From contig NZ_JAUNLP010000006.1 of the NCBI RefSeq assembly GCF_030532195.1, positions 121,211 to 185,210 on the forward strand: 64,000 nucleotides of DNA, given 5' to 3'. How positions within the stretch are numbered: position 1 is the stretch's first letter; each line of letters begins with the position of its first letter. Below the pieces are notes generated by a model. It was not told where the DNA came from, ran no database searches, and was given only the letters and a program-made list of their open reading frames with translations. This document shows positions 58,648-64,000 of this stretch, piece by piece. The position numbers were made by a program, and so were the translations under genes. This DNA comes from Corynebacterium sp. (GTDB lineage Bacteria; Actinomycetota; Actinomycetes; Mycobacteriales; Mycobacteriaceae).

Positions 58648-59079
58648 CTAGGACTCGAGCTCACGCGCCACGGCGCGCAGCACCTCAGCTACCTGACGGC
58701 CTTGCTTCCGATCCGGGTAGCGCCCGGCGCGCAAGTCGTGCTGCACGGTCGACTCCAACATGGAAATCATGTCCGAAATCATGCCGTTCAAGTCACTTGG
58801 GCTGTACTTTTTCGCTTGACGACGAGCTCCTGCGCCGCCACCTACACCGCCGCGGCGGTGGCGACCACCGCGCGGGCCTTCGTCGAGCACCTTGATGCGC
58901 AGTGCCTGCGGGCCTGGGCGGCCGTCTGCGTAGTCGTACTCCAGGCGCTGCCCGTGGACGAGCTCTTCGACACCCTTTGGCAATACATTCTTGCCGATGT
59001 AGACATCTTCACCGTCCGGATTCGACACGAAGCCGAAACCGCGGTCCTTGTCATACCACCTGACCTTGCCGATGGGCAC
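58648..59079 (-). CDS. Cold-shock-domain protein with long C-terminal extension
   Basis: MPIGKVRWYDKDRGFGFVSNPDGEDVYIG carries the RNP1/RNP2 motifs of a CSD. It is followed by a Gly/Arg-rich linker and a ~60-aa tail. Confidence 0.88.
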   Translation of the reverse strand: MPIGKVRWYDKDRGFGFVSNPDGEDVYIGKNVLPKGVEELVHGQRLEYDYADGRPGPQALRIKVLDEGPRGGRHRRGGVGGGAGARRQAKKYSPSDLNGMISDMISMLESTVQHDLRAGRYPDRKQGRQVAEVLRAVARELES

Positions 59080-59760
59080 TTTCCACCTAACCTTTCTGCG
59101 CCCTGCCTTGGGCGCTGAAGTCTAATCGAGAGCCAGCCGCCTACCCACACGCATCGCCAGCCGGTTTAAAGTGGCTCGCGTGGGCGAGCTCGGCCAGGCG
59201 TAGACCGCGACGATACGCGGGCGCTGCGCTGAAAAGCGGTTCTCTTTGTATCGATTCTCTTCAATCGACGGAGACGCTTGTCAGTACTGCGAAGTGGCAG
59301 CAGCGTTCGTGGCGTGCATCCGCACGTCACCTCTGAATAACTAAAGAACTCAATTATACCCACATGTCGGGTGGAGAAGGAATGCGCAATTTTTGGGGCT
59401 TTTGAGTCGCTCTACAACCGGTCAGAACTAGGGGCAGCAGAGTTAAAAAAGAGCAAAAATAACAGGTTGATAAAGTGGTATTTATCACATCTTTAGAAAT
59501 TAACTTTAGCAACAGCATCAACATCCAACTGCTTGACCTGCCCTTTTAGCGCTCCCTAACCATTTTTCCTAATGGCACCAATTCCAAAGAGTTTGGCGAT
59601 TCGCGTGACTATTTCGTTACCAACCGCTACGGTCTCTTTCGACGCGTTTAACGGACGAAGTCGCATCGATCGCCTTCATCTCACTCCTGTGCGATGACAT
59701 CGTTTCGTTAATCCAGAACGTGAAGAAGTTATCCATCAGAGTGAGATGGGGTTGCATTAG

Positions 59761-60423
<663 letters not shown>

Positions 60424-60436
60424 TTTGCACGTTTTT

Positions 60437-60479
60437 AAAACGCCCCGAGGGTTTCTACACATTCCCTTCGGGGCGTTTT
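60437..60479 (+). terminator. Terminator after rpf
   Basis: AAAACGCCCCGAGGG ... CCCTTCGGGGCGTTTT hairpin. Confidence 0.8.
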
Positions 60480-60601
60480 CGCTATCTCCGGCGCGGGCCT
60501 CATCCCAACCGACCCCAAAAAGACAAAAGCCCGCAGGCATCCCTGCTTAAAACAGAGGTGCCCGCGGGGCATTGCCTGCAACCTAAAGGCTGCGGATAAA
60601 A

Positions 60602-60796
60602 CTACTGGTTCTGGTTAATCACCGTGGTCGGGTGAACATAGCCCAGGGTCTCCGGATCAACCGGGAACTCAAGGTCACCAAAAGGCGAGTCCGCGCCAGC
60701 GTGGTGAGCAATCAATTCAGTAACAGCGTGCTGACCTGGCTCGAGGTCCTTCGGCCAGCCGGGATCGACGTAGGATTTCTTTGCAACGTTAGCCAT
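60602..60796 (-). CDS. Small hypothetical protein (64 aa)
   Basis: Coding-like codon usage, a weak RBS and no known motif. Confidence 0.45.
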   Translation of the reverse strand: MANVAKKSYVDPGWPKDLEPGQHAVTELIAHHAGADSPFGDLEFPVDPETLGYVHPTTVINQNQ

Positions 60797-60870
60797 GCTG
60801 AGATTATCCCAAAAATTTTCCCGCCAGTCACCTTCTTCCCTCCTTAATTCTCACTAAAGTGGGGATTGTC

Positions 60871-63315
60871 ATGACTAGCACCACCCCCTTTCCGCTTTTT
60901 TCCGACTGGTTGGCAGCTCAGCCAGATAAATCTGTGGGCACTATTCTCAGCAATCGCCCAGACGTTCTGTCCCCGCCGCCAAAGTCCTCCCAGGTGCTAG
61001 CAGCCCGCCTTCAACTTCGGGCTTCTGTTTCTCGCGCGCTGACCAAACTCCCAGCACTCGAACTTGCATGCATTGAAGCCGCAGCGGATATCGGCGCTGA
61101 TGCCGCGCCGATTGCCACCGATGACCTCATCGACTACATACACAGCGCACTTACCCGCGCCGATGTGCCCGCCACCGAACGCCCGACCGCCGCGCATATC
61201 CGTGCCGCGTTAGATCGCCTACGAGAATTCGGCCTGGCCTGGGGTAACGGCCCCGGTCCACGCGGGGCTTTCACTGGTAAGTCGACACGTAAAAAGCCTC
61301 TCGCCTGGCAGGATTACATCGGCATCATCGATGAGGCCGCCACTGCTCTGCCACCCGGCTGGTACCTCCTACCCGACCCCGACCGCCCCACGCGCAGCCA
61401 ACTGCGCACGGCGCTGAGTGAGGTCACCGAGCGGCAGCAGCGCCTCCTGGACACGCTCGCGGACTCCGGCGGCCTCGGCGTCACCAAGGACGCGCATCCA
61501 GATGCTGATCCAACATTGCCAGTCCCCGCGCTAATCAGCGCTGGACTCCTCGAACGCATCGATGAGGGCACCGTCCGCCTGCCTGCCACCGTCCGCGCAC
61601 TAATGCGGGGTGCAGGGCTTGCCGACGACAACATCCCCCTACGCCCCAAAACTCCCGAAACTACGGTGATTTCCAGCGGCAATGACCGCGCTGCCGCAAC
61701 CGCCTGGGAAACCCTGCGGCAAGCTGCAGACCTGTTGGAGCTGCTCGGCACCAACCCAGCCCCAACTCTCAAAGGCGGCGATATCGGTGTCCGCGAGACC
61801 CGCAGCCTGATGGAGGACCTCGGACTCGATATTTCCGAGCTCGCCCGCGCTGTCGCCAACCTTCAGGCAGCGGGGTTGGTGCACGTTGGCACACCGCATC
61901 CTCTGCCACTGCACGACACCGGTGGTAACTACTTCGCGCCGACGCTGGCAGCCGATGGGTTCCTGGATGCCGATTTGGTTGACCGCTGGGTGAGTTTGGC
62001 CGTCGGCACGCGCACCAGCGATGCAGCACCGTGGAAGGTCGACCAGATAGGTGAGGACGGCAAGCGCATTGCGCTGCTGTCGCCGCATTCGCATCTGTCA
62101 GGTGTTCCAGCAATCCGTGAGATGGTTTTGCGCAGCTGTGCCATGGCGGGGCCGTCGGAACGCGAGGGCGATATTCAGGCTCTCGTTGACCTGCGTGAAT
62201 GCGCTGCGTTCCACTTCCCCATCACCAACGCTCGCAGTACCAATGAGACGCTCGAGGGAGTTGTCGGTGAGCTGGTGGCGCTGGGCATGATTGTGCGCGA
62301 TCCTTCCGCGGAGACGATTTCTGTGGGACTGAGTGAGGTCGGAAAGGCTGTTGTCGACCTGATTCAGTCGGGTACCGCCACCGCTTTCGATGATTTGCGC
62401 ACCGCCTGCAACAGTCTGCTCCCGCCGAATGCCACGTATTTGATGGTGCAGGCCGACAACACCGTCGTCGTGCCCGGCCCGGCGTCACCCGAAATGGAGC
62501 GCATGCTCGGCGCGATTGCCGAGTTGGAATCGCCGGGGCTTGCAAGCGTCTACCGCATCACCGAGGAATCGCTACGCGATGGTCTCGATTCCGGGCTCGA
62601 TGCCACGGAGATCTCGGAGTTTCTCTCGCGCTACGCCGTCGGCGAGGTACCGCAGTCTGTCACGTATCTGCTTGACGACGTCGCGCGTCGCCACGGTCGC
62701 CTGCGCGGAGGCCCGGCAGCCTCCTTCATCCGTTGCGATGACCCGGCGATGCTTGCGTCCTTCCTCGGCCACCAGGCAGGCCGTCAGTTGACTCTACGCA
62801 AGATTGCTGACACTGTGCTGATCAGCCAAGCTCCACTCGCGCAAGTCATTGAGACTGCCCGGACTGCTGGCTTTTCCATCATTGCCGAAGACGCCGAAGG
62901 CCTTGTCTTGGATCTTGGCAGGTCACCGTGCCGCATTGAGGCGGCCGCCCCGGTGCGGGCCACACACGCATCAATGCCGGAGCCGGAACGTATTGGTCAG
63001 GCGCTGACAGCAATTGCCGAGGGCGACCGAGCAGCGACGAGCCCCGATGGCGCTAACGCCAAGAAGCAGGAGGCCACGGCCACGGCGCAGAGCGACTACG
63101 CCTCCGGCACGGAAGCCTTCAAACTGCTGCAGCGCGCCGCCCGCCATGGCGACGACTTAGTGCTTAAGTATGTCGACCGCAATGGCAAGGCTGGCCGTCG
63201 CCGCGTCCGGCCGGTCACTGTCTCCGGTGGGCAGGTCGATGCCATCGATCCGGCTACTGGTCAGGTGCTGCGGTTTCTCCTGCATCGCATCACGGAGGTA
63301 CATCCGGCGGACTGA
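60871..63315 (+). CDS. Large helicase-associated protein of unknown function, partner of XPB (Rv0862c-like)
   Basis: 814 aa from ATG 60871 (the track GTG is at 60859). It lies immediately upstream of the XPB helicase gene, as in M. tuberculosis Rv0862c-Rv0861c. I recognise no catalytic motif. Confidence 0.72.
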   Translation: MTSTTPFPLFSDWLAAQPDKSVGTILSNRPDVLSPPPKSSQVLAARLQLRASVSRALTKLPALELACIEAAADIGADAAPIATDDLIDYIHSALTRADVPATERPTAAHIRAALDRLREFGLAWGNGPGPRGAFTGKSTRKKPLAWQDYIGIIDEAATALPPGWYLLPDPDRPTRSQLRTALSEVTERQQRLLDTLADSGGLGVTKDAHPDADPTLPVPALISAGLLERIDEGTVRLPATVRALMRGAGLADDNIPLRPKTPETTVISSGNDRAAATAWETLRQAADLLELLGTNPAPTLKGGDIGVRETRSLMEDLGLDISELARAVANLQAAGLVHVGTPHPLPLHDTGGNYFAPTLAADGFLDADLVDRWVSLAVGTRTSDAAPWKVDQIGEDGKRIALLSPHSHLSGVPAIREMVLRSCAMAGPSEREGDIQALVDLRECAAFHFPITNARSTNETLEGVVGELVALGMIVRDPSAETISVGLSEVGKAVVDLIQSGTATAFDDLRTACNSLLPPNATYLMVQADNTVVVPGPASPEMERMLGAIAELESPGLASVYRITEESLRDGLDSGLDATEISEFLSRYAVGEVPQSVTYLLDDVARRHGRLRGGPAASFIRCDDPAMLASFLGHQAGRQLTLRKIADTVLISQAPLAQVIETARTAGFSIIAEDAEGLVLDLGRSPCRIEAAAPVRATHASMPEPERIGQALTAIAEGDRAATSPDGANAKKQEATATAQSDYASGTEAFKLLQRAARHGDDLVLKYVDRNGKAGRRRVRPVTVSGGQVDAIDPATGQVLRFLLHRITEVHPAD

Positions 63316-63332
63316 GGTCGCGCTCGCGGGGA

Positions 63333-63344
63333 CCGTCGTAAAGC
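63333..63344 (+). repeat. Dispersed 12-mer CCGTCGTAAAGC, exact copy (25-nt extended element 63320-63344)
   Basis: 17 nt after the stop of the helicase-associated gene and 99 nt upstream of the XPB start. Confidence 0.85.
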
Positions 63345-63443
63345 TAACAGCGAACGACTACGGTGACGCATCAACGCTCTAATCGTGGCAGAATTGACCT
63401 TTAGCTTATTTTTGGTCAAACGTCTGTGAGGCGAGGAGAAGTT

Positions 63444-64000
63444 ATGGGTTTCGGAACGGGTCCGCTGATTGTCCAATCGGACAAGACGGTCCTGCTGGAA
63501 GTCGATAATCCGGAAGCAGATGCGGCACGTGCGGCACTGGCGCCGTTCGCAGAGCTTGAGCGCGCCCCAGAGCACGTGCACACGTACCGCATCACACCGC
63601 TGGCCCTGTGGAATGCCCGTGCGGCTGGCCACGATGCTGAGCAAGTGGTTGACGTGCTCGAGCGCTACTCCAAGTTCCCGGTTCCACAGCCACTGCTTAT
63701 CGACGTCGCGGAGACCATGGACCGCTACGGTCGTCTGAGCCTGACCAAGCATCCTGCGCACGGCCTGATTTTGGTCTCCCACGACGCTGCGGTGCTGGCG
63801 GAGGTGACCAAGCACAAGAAGATTCGCCCAATGCTCGGCGAACAAATTGATGAGGACACCTGGACGGTGCATCCCTCCGAGCGTGGCCGAATTAAACAGG
63901 AACTGTTGAAGGTCGGCTGGCCGGCCAATGACACCGCCGGCTACATCGACGGTGAGGCCCACCCAATCGCGTGGGAGGGCCAGGGCTCGGGTTCGGAAAA
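63444..64000 (+). CDS. XPB/Ercc3-type superfamily-2 DNA helicase, N-terminal part. The ORF runs off the right edge, so it is absent from the track.
   Basis: Own translation from ATG 63444 (GAGGAGAAG RBS): MGFGTGPLIVQSDKTVLLEVDNPEADAARAALAPFAELERAPEHVHTYRITPLALWNARAAGHDAEQVVDVLERYSKFPVPQPLL..., the damage-recognition-domain region typical of bacterial XPB. Confidence 0.85.
   Translation, partial: MGFGTGPLIVQSDKTVLLEVDNPEADAARAALAPFAELERAPEHVHTYRITPLALWNARAAGHDAEQVVDVLERYSKFPVPQPLLIDVAETMDRYGRLSLTKHPAHGLILVSHDAAVLAEVTKHKKIRPMLGEQIDEDTWTVHPSERGRIKQELLKVGWPANDTAGYIDGEAHPIAWEGQGSGSE

Overview
High-GC actinobacterial chromosome segment. Gene content and order point to a Corynebacterium-type member of the Mycobacteriales. 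It is syntenic with M. tuberculosis Rv0981-Rv0994 (mprAB-pepD-moaB2-mscL...galU-moeA1), Rv3275c-Rv3285 (purEK-birA-accD5-accE5...maf-sseA-accA3) and Rv0861c/0862c (XPB), and as far as I recall with the C. glutamicum rpf1/cspB...serC-gltA-fkpA-accDA...mctC region. I call 67 protein genes. Two are open-ended at the window edges (moeA, XPB helicase) and two are under 60 aa (rpmF, rpmG); all four are missing from the supplied ORF track. I also call one tRNA-Arg(CCT), about 14 rho-independent-type hairpins and a few candidate operator sites. The content is mostly housekeeping: molybdopterin, purine, serine/glycine and TCA genes; a six-gene cluster of cysteine-free ribosomal protein paralogues; and a full acyl-CoA carboxylase set (birA, two tandem beta subunits, epsilon, accBC, fused accDA). 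There are also several transporters. I found no CRISPR array, IS element, integrase, prophage or recognisable defence system. Many long ORFs in the track are antisense shadow ORFs typical of high-GC DNA and were rejected. The most unusual signal is the non-palindromic 12-mer CCGTCGTAAAGC. It has 6 exact copies, one 11/12 copy and near variants. The copies are confined to inter-genic or gene-edge positions and always read in the direction of local transcription. Several sit inside hairpin loops, and two copies share a 25-nt extended element. Secondary observations: an XRE regulator whose TGA stop is followed in frame by a membrane-protein ORF, with an alternative ATGA-coupled start broken at a C5 run; an AT-richer two-gene islet beside the tRNA carrying 10-11 bp tandem duplications and a C10 tract; a 541-bp regulatory gap between the divergent ribosomal paralogue operons with no visible Zur box; and an XPB helicase paired with an 814-aa partner of unknown function.
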